NCBI GenBank assembly: GCA_003554865.1
Contig: PWHJ01000025.1
Location: forward strand, 6,822-70,821
Reading direction: 5' to 3'
Source of the DNA: Bacteroidota bacterium
Lineage (GTDB): Bacteria; Bacteroidota; Bacteroidia; Bacteroidales; PUMT01
Length of the DNA: 64,000 bases
Below the pieces are notes generated by a model. That model did no database searches. It was not told the DNA's origin and saw nothing but the letters and a program-made list of their open reading frames with translations. The translations under genes were made by a program, and so were the position numbers. Each line of letters opens with the position of its first letter. Position 1 is the stretch's first letter. Positions 20,541 through 29,142 of this stretch are shown here, piece by piece.

Positions 20541-21458
20541 TCATTTGTTTTCGTTCACCTCAAGCTTAAGAGGGTCGATTTCTTCTCCCCAGTAAACGGT
20601 TGTATGGGGAAAGGGGATTTCTATATTCTCGCGGTCAAAAGCTTTTTTAAGTCTTCTGCGGTACTCCCTGCCGGTAAACCACTGCTCTATTGGCCTGGTC
20701 TTTATCCGGGCCCTTATTACCAGGGCGCTGTCGGCAAATTCGTTCAGACCGAAAATTTCAATCGGCTCAATGATCTTTTCAGCAAATTCAGGATCGGCTT
20801 TCAGCTCATCACCAACCTCTTTCATGATTTTCATTACCTTGTCAACATCCTCCTTGTATGCCACGCCTATATCAAGCACAATAGCCGACCACTGTTTTGT
20901 CATATTAGAGATTGAGTTAACTTTTCCATTCTGAAAAATGTGTACCACACCCGAGAGGTCGCGAAGGGTTATGGTCCGCAGCTCAATTTTTTCGACAAGT
21001 CCGCCGGTCCCGTTTATTATAGCCACATCCCCCACTCTTACCTGATCTTCCAGCAGCATAAAAAAACCGGAAATATAATCCCGCACCAGCTCCTGGGCGC
21101 CAAAACCCACGGCCAGTCCAACGATACCGGCACTTGCAAGAATCGGCCCGATCTCCACACCCACCTTAACCAGAACTATCATAATAAATACGGTCAAAAT
21201 TATAACCCTTGCCGTTCCGTTAACAATACCCATCAAAGTATTTATTCTTTTGCCGGCCTCTTCCTTATCGACACCCTCTTTTTCCGTGGCACGCCTTATC
21301 AGGGTTTTTTTTAGTTTCCCTATTGAAAAGCGGATTATGCGAAGCAGCACAAAAGTTGCAGCCACGGCTATTAAAAGTCCGGGCATCTGGTTAATTACCC
21401 AGCTTTTGAGATTTTCTGTTAAATCATTAAAAAAAGTAGTGTTAATTACCTCTTCCAT
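20541..21458 (-). CDS. Small-conductance mechanosensitive channel (MscS/YbiO family)
   Basis: TM helices with ASAGIVGLAVGFGAQELVRDYISGFF, VRVGDV, GLVEKIELRT, and C-terminal FDRENIEIPFP. Confidence 0.93.
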   Translation of the reverse strand: MEEVINTTFFNDLTENLKSWVINQMPGLLIAVAATFVLLRIIRFSIGKLKKTLIRRATEKEGVDKEEAGKRINTLMGIVNGTARVIILTVFIMIVLVKVGVEIGPILASAGIVGLAVGFGAQELVRDYISGFFMLLEDQVRVGDVAIINGTGGLVEKIELRTITLRDLSGVVHIFQNGKVNSISNMTKQWSAIVLDIGVAYKEDVDKVMKIMKEVGDELKADPEFAEKIIEPIEIFGLNEFADSALVIRARIKTRPIEQWFTGREYRRRLKKAFDRENIEIPFPHTTVYWGEEIDPLKLEVNENK

Positions 21459-21670
21459 AATTCAATTGATTTAAGTTTATTAATATACTCTTCCGGTAAA
21501 AGGATAAACCTTCCTTTCTCACTCTTTTCACTCTCAGGTTTTTCAATCATTTTATAATACTTGCAGGATTGAATTGATCAGATATTCCAATTTACCCCGA
21601 TGATTGTAAAATTAAATTTTTATAAATTTACAACTCATATTTGTTTTATCAACCAAAAACCAAAAGAGTC

Positions 21671-22699
21671 ATGAGAAGAAAATGGAATCATTTATCAGCA
21701 ATTATCTGCTGGCAGCTTATTAAAAGAGTGCCTGCAACCGCCGTTTTAATTACAGGTTTACTGATCTTTTCAGTCGCCTCAACAGATGCAGCAGCCCAGG
21801 GCGACAGGCTGCAGCCTCTTGAATACAACAAGGATCAGCTCGTTAAAATGGCTGTTCAGGGTGTAATCGGCGAGGCAAGAATGTCGTATCCTCCATACAG
21901 GATCGGTGCCGACGGTGAACTTCCGGTTGTACCCGGGACAGGAAGCATAACATATAATTTCCGCACAGGTGATTCGGCCGTTGATATGGCCGGTGACCAT
22001 ATAGAACCGGCCGTAACCCTTTATCACCCTAACGGGCGGGCCAGCTCAGAAAGCCGCGGACTTAACGTGCTCTCATGCATAGGCAACAAAGTAAAAGTTA
22101 TTTCCGGCGATGCAAAGGGTGAAACAGGTTATGTGATTGGAAAGCACGGAGGCTCCGAACATGTTATGGTTGACTTTGAAGATCCGGCAGTTTTTGACAA
22201 GCTGCTGCTGGGTGACAGAATGCATATATACGGCCTCGGTGTAGGAATGGAACTGACGAATGTTGAAGGGGTGAAAGCCATGAACATCAGTCCGAAGCTT
22301 ATTGAAGCCCTGACTGATGCCGGTATGGGGGTTACCCCTGAAGGGAAGCTTAAAATAGACGTTGCCGTTGAAATACCCGCCAAGATAATGGGATCCGGAC
22401 TGGGCAGCAATCATGCACACAGCGGCGATTACGACATACAGATGTTCGATGAGGAAGTAAATGAAAAATACGGACTGGATGAGCTGAGATTCGGTGACAT
22501 AGTGGCAATAATAAATGCTGACACAAGCTACGGGAGAATATATAAAACCGGAGCCGTTACCATAGGTGTTATAACTCACGGAAATAGTGCAGTTGCCGGT
22601 CACGGCCCGGGTGTAACAACCCTGTTTACTTCAACCGAAGGCAATATTGAAATTGAAAAAAACCCCCGCGCCAATCTGAAGCATCTGCTTTTAGAATAA
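21671..22699 (+). CDS. DUF4438 (TM1086-like) domain protein with N-terminal signal peptide
   Basis: Recognised motifs PGTGSITYN, GDHIEP, SCIGNKV.VISG, GKHGG, MGSGLG, GDYDI, LRFGDIVAI, AGHGPGVT. Hydrophobic leader ending AAA-Q. Confidence 0.75.
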   Translation: MRRKWNHLSAIICWQLIKRVPATAVLITGLLIFSVASTDAAAQGDRLQPLEYNKDQLVKMAVQGVIGEARMSYPPYRIGADGELPVVPGTGSITYNFRTGDSAVDMAGDHIEPAVTLYHPNGRASSESRGLNVLSCIGNKVKVISGDAKGETGYVIGKHGGSEHVMVDFEDPAVFDKLLLGDRMHIYGLGVGMELTNVEGVKAMNISPKLIEALTDAGMGVTPEGKLKIDVAVEIPAKIMGSGLGSNHAHSGDYDIQMFDEEVNEKYGLDELRFGDIVAIINADTSYGRIYKTGAVTIGVITHGNSAVAGHGPGVTTLFTSTEGNIEIEKNPRANLKHLLLE

Positions 22700-22710
22700 C
22701 TTTAGCCCCA

Positions 22711-22771
22711 AATAAAAACAACAGCGCAATTATATCACTACATCTGTAAATATTTGCGCTGTTGTTTTATT
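22711..22771. terminator. Bidirectional terminator-like hairpin between convergent genes
   Basis: AAAACAACAGCGCAA ... TTGCGCTGTTGTTTT inverted repeat with A and T flanks. Confidence 0.7.
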
Positions 22772-22773
22772 GT

Positions 22774-23253
22774 TTACCTGAATGTGTATCTGCCCGAAAT
22801 CGCTACTCCGTCGCCCCACCAGTGAAAATCGCCGAAAACATTAAAGGCCGGCTTCCAGTCAATCCCAATGGAAACGGGAAATTCCTCAAATACATATTCT
22901 GCGCCAATTACCAGGTCGAATCCCACAATTGTCTGGGCATCACTGTTCTTGTGGTGATAGTCCCCCCTGCCCCAAAAACCGATATGCGCACCTGCTCCGT
23001 AATACCACTCAAGGAATTCAACGTCGGGAATATCATTATGAATTTCATACAAACCTGTAATTATAAAGCCATTCCAGCGGGTAGATAAAATACCTTCAAC
23101 CGCCCTGTTCTCCTGAAAAAAATGCTTGGCAGTTAAACCGTTAAAGAATCCTGCCCTTGCCCCAAGGCCGGTATCATAAAGCTGAGCCGAGGCAGTAAGT
23201 GATACTCCCGCAAAAACAACAGAAATAAGCAAAAATTTAAATGTCCTTCTCAT
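22774..23253 (-). CDS. Small exported outer-membrane beta-barrel-like hypothetical protein
   Basis: Signal peptide MRRTFK...ASA-Q, amphipathic strands (WYYGAGAHIG, IGAEYVF, IGIDWKP), C-terminal GRYTF. Confidence 0.75.
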   Translation of the reverse strand: MRRTFKFLLISVVFAGVSLTASAQLYDTGLGARAGFFNGLTAKHFFQENRAVEGILSTRWNGFIITGLYEIHNDIPDVEFLEWYYGAGAHIGFWGRGDYHHKNSDAQTIVGFDLVIGAEYVFEEFPVSIGIDWKPAFNVFGDFHWWGDGVAISGRYTFR

Positions 23254-23467
23254 AACCTTTTTTATTTTTATCGAATCGTTTAACAAATATACATGATTTT
23301 TTTCCCCTGCCTAAGGATTACCTGATAATATCCCTAACTATAATACAAAAATAATATTACTTTTACAGAAAAAATGCAAAGTTAATATTTTTTTCAGCAT
23401 GGGTCTGAACCCCCATCAGACTTAGGCAAACAAAACAAGATGAACAAACATCTACGAACATCTACGA

Positions 23468-24211
23468 ATGAACTTATGCATTGATATAGGAAACACATCA
23501 GTAAAAGCCGCATTGTTCAGAGGGGAAAAGCTGCGGGAAATGTACAGGTTTGATACTTCCCTGATAAATGAGATAGCCGGCATAAAAGAAAAGTATCCTG
23601 TCACGGACAGGTTAATAGTAAGCTCTGTCAGGCCCCTGAGCAAAGCAATTTATGAGGCTCTTGAAAACAGCTTCTCGAAATTTGTTTTTTTGGATCACAA
23701 AACTCCTCTCCCGCTAACTAATCTATACAAAACGGGCGAATCACTCGGATCTGACCGTCTTGCCGCAGTTGTGGGAGCAAACAATATTTATCCCGAAAGC
23801 AACGTTTTGGTTGTTGATGCAGGTACCGCCCTGACTTTTGACGTAGTTACAAAAAACAGGCAATATCTCGGGGGTACAATATCGCCGGGGATAAATACCA
23901 GGTTGAAGGCCTTAACTGAATTTACCGCCAGATTACCGTATATTTCAGACAATGAAGAGGTGCGGAACAATTACGGCGAAATTCTGACGGCCGACAATAC
24001 TAAGGATGCAATACGGGCAGGAGTATACAATTCGATTGTTTATGAAGTTGAAGGCTATATAAGCCGGCTGATGGAGCAGTATAAACCCCTGAAGATTATT
24101 TTCACCGGCGGGGATGCCAATTTCTTTGATAAAAGATTAAAATACCCCATATTTGTGGATTTAAATTTGATTTTCACCGGATTGAACAGAATATTGGAAT
24201 ACAATGATTAA
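23468..24211 (+). CDS. coaX: Type III pantothenate kinase
   Basis: IDIGNT, LGSDR, VDAGTALTFD, GGTISPG, TGGDA. Confidence 0.95.
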   Translation: MNLCIDIGNTSVKAALFRGEKLREMYRFDTSLINEIAGIKEKYPVTDRLIVSSVRPLSKAIYEALENSFSKFVFLDHKTPLPLTNLYKTGESLGSDRLAAVVGANNIYPESNVLVVDAGTALTFDVVTKNRQYLGGTISPGINTRLKALTEFTARLPYISDNEEVRNNYGEILTADNTKDAIRAGVYNSIVYEVEGYISRLMEQYKPLKIIFTGGDANFFDKRLKYPIFVDLNLIFTGLNRILEYND

Positions 24212-25472
24212 GAGACTATTATTTTTAACATCTGTGGCATTGCTTACGGTTGTGGCCTCTTTTGGCCAGCAAAACACCTTTTCTCCCTACTCCCGTTTCG
24301 GAATAGGGGATATTTCAAACAAGGGTTTTGGCAGGTCACAGGCGCTTGGAGGCATAGGGATCGGATTGCGCGATGGAAAACATATAAACTACCAGAATCC
24401 TGCTTCATATACATCCCAGGATACGCTCTCCTTCATTTTCGATATCGGCATTTCAAGCAACGCCACTTTATTTGAAACTGAAACCAGAGAACACACCATG
24501 GTAAGCGCGTTTCCGAGTCACCTGGCACTTGGTTTCCCGGTAACCGACTGGTGGAAGGCCAGCGCAGGCCTTGTTCCCTTCAGTAAAGTAGGCTACAAGA
24601 TTGAAGACTCAAGGAGTGTTGACCGTATCGGACTGGTAGACTATCTCTATGAAGGCTCGGGAGGTATAAACCGTGCTTACATTGGTAATGCATTCCGGTT
24701 GCATGATAATGTCTCAGTTGGAATTGACATTTCCTATCTTTTTGGATCCCTTACAAGAAGCAGCAGTATTGACTTTCCTTTTGACGAGCATGCATACAAA
24801 ACAAAGAGTGAGAACAGGGTTGTGGTAAGGGATTTTCATTTCAAATACGGTGTGCAATATTCAAACAGAATTAACGAGGATTATTCATTTACAGCAGGAG
24901 TGGTTTTTGAAAACAGCACCCCCCTGGATGCCAGGGAGGACAGATTTGTCATAAATGAAGTTACAGTACCCGAAGGGGTTTCACGGGACACTATTCTAAA
25001 CCACTCGGGCGAGAAAAACCACATTGACCTTCCCCTGGGATGGGGTGCCGGGTTTTCAGTCACAAGAGGAGAAAATCTTGTTGTGGGTGCCGACTACAAA
25101 GCACGTAACTGGTCAGATGCCGAATTCATGGGACATCAGGACTCACTGGCAAATTCCGGCATGTTAAATGTTGGAGTTCAGTATACTCATGATCCGGATG
25201 ATTATGAAAGTCTCCTTAAACGTACATCCTACCGGCTGGGATTTCATTACGAAAATACTTACCTGCGTCTAAATGAGCATCAGCTGACCGACTACGGAAT
25301 AACTCTGGGCTTCGGAATACCTTACAGAGACAGGGATACTTCATTTAATTTTGCAATTAATTTAGGTCAAAGGGGAACCATTGAAGACAATCTTGTAAAG
25401 GAAAATTACGTTGTCTTCAGCTTCAGTACATCTCTTTACGATTTTTGGTTCCATCAGCGCAGATATGAATAG
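24204..25472 (+). CDS. Conserved Bacteroidetes outer-membrane beta-barrel protein (FadL/Toluene_X-like)
   Basis: Signal peptide SFG-Q, SPYSRFGIG, NPAS hatch-like motif, GSGGINRAY, C-terminal WF..RRYE. Overlaps coaX by 8 bp. Confidence 0.75.
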   Translation: MIKRLLFLTSVALLTVVASFGQQNTFSPYSRFGIGDISNKGFGRSQALGGIGIGLRDGKHINYQNPASYTSQDTLSFIFDIGISSNATLFETETREHTMVSAFPSHLALGFPVTDWWKASAGLVPFSKVGYKIEDSRSVDRIGLVDYLYEGSGGINRAYIGNAFRLHDNVSVGIDISYLFGSLTRSSSIDFPFDEHAYKTKSENRVVVRDFHFKYGVQYSNRINEDYSFTAGVVFENSTPLDAREDRFVINEVTVPEGVSRDTILNHSGEKNHIDLPLGWGAGFSVTRGENLVVGADYKARNWSDAEFMGHQDSLANSGMLNVGVQYTHDPDDYESLLKRTSYRLGFHYENTYLRLNEHQLTDYGITLGFGIPYRDRDTSFNFAINLGQRGTIEDNLVKENYVVFSFSTSLYDFWFHQRRYE

Positions 25473-26037
25473 GATCAGAAAAAATACTTACTTTGGTTTT
25501 TTTGCAATTCCGGTCATTTTTATATCATTTGCATTTTTATCCTGTGAAAGCGATATAGAAACTGTCAAGTCTTTTTCCGGGGAAGAAGATATGCCTCTTC
25601 AAACGATGAAAAATGCCGAAATCGTTTATTCCGATTCCGGAAGGGTTCAGATCAGGATCATGGCGCCGCTTATCCAAAATTACCCCCAGTTAGAAGAGCC
25701 TTATCTTGAGATGACCGAGGGAATTCATGTGCTTTTCCTTGACAGGGAAGGAAATGTTGAATCGGAGCTCAGTTCAGGTTATGCTAAAAATTACACCGAG
25801 GAGAAACTCTGGGAGGTGCGGGACAGTGTTGTGGTTGTCAACAAACTGGGTGAAGTGCTAAACACGGAACAGCTCTTCTGGGATGAAGACCGCCGGATTA
25901 TATATTCCGAAAAATTTGTGAGAATAACCCGCCAGAATGAAATTATAATGGGCGAAGGACTTGAGGCCAACCAGGATCTCACTCAATGGAAAATTGACTC
26001 TATTCAGGGAACCATATATTTAGATGACGATGAATAA
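25465..26037 (+). CDS. lptC: LPS export periplasmic protein LptC (lipoprotein type)
   Basis: Lipobox FLSC, YSDSG, LNTEQLFWD, IYSEKFVRI, GEGLEAN beta-jellyroll motifs. ATG 25465 overlaps the upstream gene. Confidence 0.85.
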   Translation: MNRIRKNTYFGFFAIPVIFISFAFLSCESDIETVKSFSGEEDMPLQTMKNAEIVYSDSGRVQIRIMAPLIQNYPQLEEPYLEMTEGIHVLFLDREGNVESELSSGYAKNYTEEKLWEVRDSVVVVNKLGEVLNTEQLFWDEDRRIIYSEKFVRITRQNEIIMGEGLEANQDLTQWKIDSIQGTIYLDDDE

Positions 26038-26221
26038 AAAATTAGTTTATATTCTGGAAATTGTATGGCTGGCTCTGGCCGTTTTAAGTTTCCTTGCCGG
26101 ATTGTTCATCTGGTATGTTGAAGAATTTAACGAAAGTCTGATGCTGTTTGCTATAACGGTTATTTCTTTGTTTATGTACTTTTACAGGCGCAGGCTCCGT
26201 AAATCAGGAAGAGGTTATTGA
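26030..26221 (+). CDS. Small two-TM membrane protein
   Basis: 63 aa with two hydrophobic helices and a basic tail (YRRRLRK). 8-bp overlap with lptC, 12 bp before the next gene. Confidence 0.7.
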   Translation: MNKKLVYILEIVWLALAVLSFLAGLFIWYVEEFNESLMLFAITVISLFMYFYRRRLRKSGRGY

Positions 26222-26233
26222 TCTGCCTGCTTT

Positions 26234-27505
26234 ATGAGTCACATTGTAACCATAATCATAACATTATTTTTTTCAGCCTTTTTCTCAGGCATGGAAATAG
26301 CATTTGTGTCCTCCAACAAGCTGAAAATTGAACTTGACAAAAAGCGCGACACTTTCTCATCAAAGATAATTGATATTTTTACCCGAAATCCCGGTCAGTA
26401 TATTGTAACAATGCTTGTGGGGAACAATATTGCACTGGTTGTCTACGGCATGACAATGGCAATTGTACTTGAACCTGTATTTTTTGCCCTCACCGATTCG
26501 GAAATAACTGTATTTGTACTTCAAACCATTCTGGCAACTTTACTTATATTGCTTGTTGCGGAATTTCTTCCCAAAGCACTCTTTCTGCTGAAATCAAACC
26601 TTGCTTTGAATGTTTTTGCCGTTCCCCTTTTGTTTTTTTATATCTTGTTTTATCCTGTAAGCAAGGCAACAATAGGTATTTCAAATTTTCTGCTCAAATA
26701 TGTTTTAAAGGTTAAAACCACGGCAGGCAAAGAGAAATCAACATTCGGAAAAACTGACCTGGATCATCTTGTCAGGGAAAGTAATGAAGATCTCCATGAG
26801 GATGATGATATAAAAAATGATATCAGGATATTCCAGAATGCGCTTGACTTTTCCAGTATAAAGCTGAGGGAATGCAAGGTGCCGCGCCCTGAAATCCTGG
26901 CTTTCGAACTGAACACCTCTGTTGATGAAATAAAACAGGCGTTTGTTGAGACAGGATATTCAAGGATCCTTATATACAAGGATACAATAGACAATGTGAT
27001 AGGTTATGTAAATTCCAAGGATTTTTTCAAAAACCCAACCAACGCCAGGGATGTCATTAACCGCATAATAATAGTGCCCGAGACGATGCCTGCAAATAAA
27101 CTTTTAAGTCTTTTCATAAAGGAGAAAAAGAGCATAGCCGTTGTAGTTGATGAGTTCGGGGGAACAGCAGGGATGGTAACTATAGAGGATATTATGGAGG
27201 AAATTTTCGGTGAAATTGAAGATGAGCATGATACAACAGAGCTTGAGGAGAGGCAAATAAGTGAAAATGAGTTTATCTTTTCCGGCCGTCTTGAAATCGA
27301 CTACCTTAATGAAAAATATAAGCTTGACATTCCCAAATCGGATGACTATGAAACTCTAGCCGGTTTCATTCTGTATCACCACGAAAGCATACCGAAAACA
27401 AACCAGAAGATCACAGTCAATCCGTTTTCATTTAAAATACTTAAAATGACCAAAACCAAAGTGGATCTGGTAAAGATGGAAATAACGGGGATAATAAAAC
27501 GATAG
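26234..27505 (+). CDS. Hemolysin/CNNM family protein (DUF21-CBS-CBS-CorC)
   Basis: FSAFFSGMEIAF, LVGNNI, AEFLPK, GYSRI, VVVDEFGGTAGMVTIEDIMEEIFGEIEDEHD, YETLAGFI. Confidence 0.92.
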   Translation: MSHIVTIIITLFFSAFFSGMEIAFVSSNKLKIELDKKRDTFSSKIIDIFTRNPGQYIVTMLVGNNIALVVYGMTMAIVLEPVFFALTDSEITVFVLQTILATLLILLVAEFLPKALFLLKSNLALNVFAVPLLFFYILFYPVSKATIGISNFLLKYVLKVKTTAGKEKSTFGKTDLDHLVRESNEDLHEDDDIKNDIRIFQNALDFSSIKLRECKVPRPEILAFELNTSVDEIKQAFVETGYSRILIYKDTIDNVIGYVNSKDFFKNPTNARDVINRIIIVPETMPANKLLSLFIKEKKSIAVVVDEFGGTAGMVTIEDIMEEIFGEIEDEHDTTELEERQISENEFIFSGRLEIDYLNEKYKLDIPKSDDYETLAGFILYHHESIPKTNQKITVNPFSFKILKMTKTKVDLVKMEITGIIKR

Positions 27506-27636
27506 GTAAGGATATATTTAATCTTTGGCACAGCGTTTGCTCTTATCGTTATAAAACCAAAAGGTGATCACAAAGTTTTTTTTTTTAAAAAAAAACATTT
27601 TTTGCATAATTAAATCAAGGTATTTAAAGTTTATAT

Positions 27637-27644
27637 TATATTTG
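27637..27644 (+). promoter_or_regulatory. Putative -7 promoter element (TATATTTG) for the TPR gene
   Basis: TAnnTTTG match 40 bp upstream of ATG 27685. Confidence 0.5.
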
Positions 27645-27684
27645 GCGCGTTAAAATGGAACAAAAAAGTAAATATAAAAGCAAA

Positions 27685-28998
27685 ATGAAAAAATTAATCC
27701 TAAAAGGAAGCATATTGGTTTTCCTTGCTTGCATGGGGGCTTCCGATATGTTTGCCCAGCAATTTGAAAGTGAAGAAGACAGCCTTGACTGCCTTAGAAA
27801 TTATTCACTCTATTATGAATATTACAGGCAGGGAGATTATGAAAGGGCATTTCCCTACTGGGAAACAGTATATGAAGAATACCCCTTTTTCCGAAGGAGT
27901 GTATTTATACACGGTGAAAGAATGCTGGATGCCAAACTCGAGGAACTTGAAGAAGATAAGGAAGAACATGAAAAACTTCTTGAAGAAGCCATGAGACTGT
28001 TCGATCGAAGAATTGAATATCATGGTGACGAAGCAAATGTTTTGGGGCGAAAGGGCCGGTTTTATTTCAGGCACAACAACGTTATAGAGGAGGCCGGACC
28101 CGGATACCAAGCCCTTGAAGAGGCACTTGAGGCCGGGAACAGGAGTGCACCGGTAATGGTTTTATACATGAATGTGACAGTGGGCAAATTCCATGCTGAT
28201 TTGCTGGATAATGAAGACGTGATAAACACATATGTCCACCTCTCTGATCTTATCAACGAGGCCATTGAAGAAACCGACAATGATGATCTTTTCGAGGCAA
28301 AGGATGTTGTCGAAGATTTGTTTGCCGATAGTAATGCAGCCGACTGTGATGCACTGATAGATATTTTTGGTGAAAGAGTGGAAGAGTCACCCGAAGATAA
28401 GGAACTGATCTCCAGGGTGCATGATTTGCTTGATGAAGCGGGTTGTACCGAGGAAGACCTTTATTATTACACAACCGAAAGGCTGTATGAGATGGATCCC
28501 TCAGCCTCCTCAGCAATGAATCTGGCAAGGATGCACAGGGCAATTGATGAGCTGGAGACAACAAGGGAATACCTTAAGGAAGCTATAGAGCTGGAAGAGG
28601 ACAGTTCAAACAGGTCCAGGTACTACCTGGAACTTGCAGAGCTTGTAAACAATCTGGAAGACGATCCCGAGCTTGTGCGAGAATATGCAAGGAATGCCAT
28701 TGAGGACGACGAAAGTAACGGTCAGGCCTATATGCTGATAGGTCACCTTTATACCGAGGCAACCGATTGTTTTGAAGACGAGTTTGAACAGGAGACTGTT
28801 TACTGGGCTGCAGTTGATAAATTCATCGAGGCGAAGGAAGCGGATCCTGAACTGGAGGAACGAGCTAATGAATTTATTGAAGCATATGAGGCACGTTTCC
28901 CTGATCAAGAAACTCTCTTTTTCCATGATTTTGAAATAGGTGAATCCTACACAGTGGGTTGCTGGATAAATGAAACAACCACAGTGCGTGCCAGATAA
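27685..28998 (+). CDS. Exported tetratricopeptide-repeat-like helical protein, extremely acidic
   Basis: Signal peptide MFA-Q, helical repeats, conserved Bacteroidales C-terminus VYWAAVDKF..AK...FP...FF.....G..YTVGCWINE.T.VR. Confidence 0.8.
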   Translation: MKKLILKGSILVFLACMGASDMFAQQFESEEDSLDCLRNYSLYYEYYRQGDYERAFPYWETVYEEYPFFRRSVFIHGERMLDAKLEELEEDKEEHEKLLEEAMRLFDRRIEYHGDEANVLGRKGRFYFRHNNVIEEAGPGYQALEEALEAGNRSAPVMVLYMNVTVGKFHADLLDNEDVINTYVHLSDLINEAIEETDNDDLFEAKDVVEDLFADSNAADCDALIDIFGERVEESPEDKELISRVHDLLDEAGCTEEDLYYYTTERLYEMDPSASSAMNLARMHRAIDELETTREYLKEAIELEEDSSNRSRYYLELAELVNNLEDDPELVREYARNAIEDDESNGQAYMLIGHLYTEATDCFEDEFEQETVYWAAVDKFIEAKEADPELEERANEFIEAYEARFPDQETLFFHDFEIGESYTVGCWINETTTVRAR

Positions 28999-29009
28999 GA
29001 TTTAATATC

Positions 29010-29049
29010 CCATAAAAAAAACCTTCCCCGGGGAAGGTTTTTTTTATGG
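29010..29049. terminator. Intrinsic terminator formed by a perfect 40-bp palindrome
   Basis: CCAT-A8-CCTTCCCC|GGGGAAGG-T8-ATGG, 11 bp after the TPR stop. Confidence 0.85.
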
Positions 29050-29142
29050 CCTGGCAAAGAGCAACAATGTCTGTAATTTTTTTTATCTTCGTGCGATAAA
29101 TTTTAAAATCTTTTTATATTTCCAAAAACACCAGAAACATAA

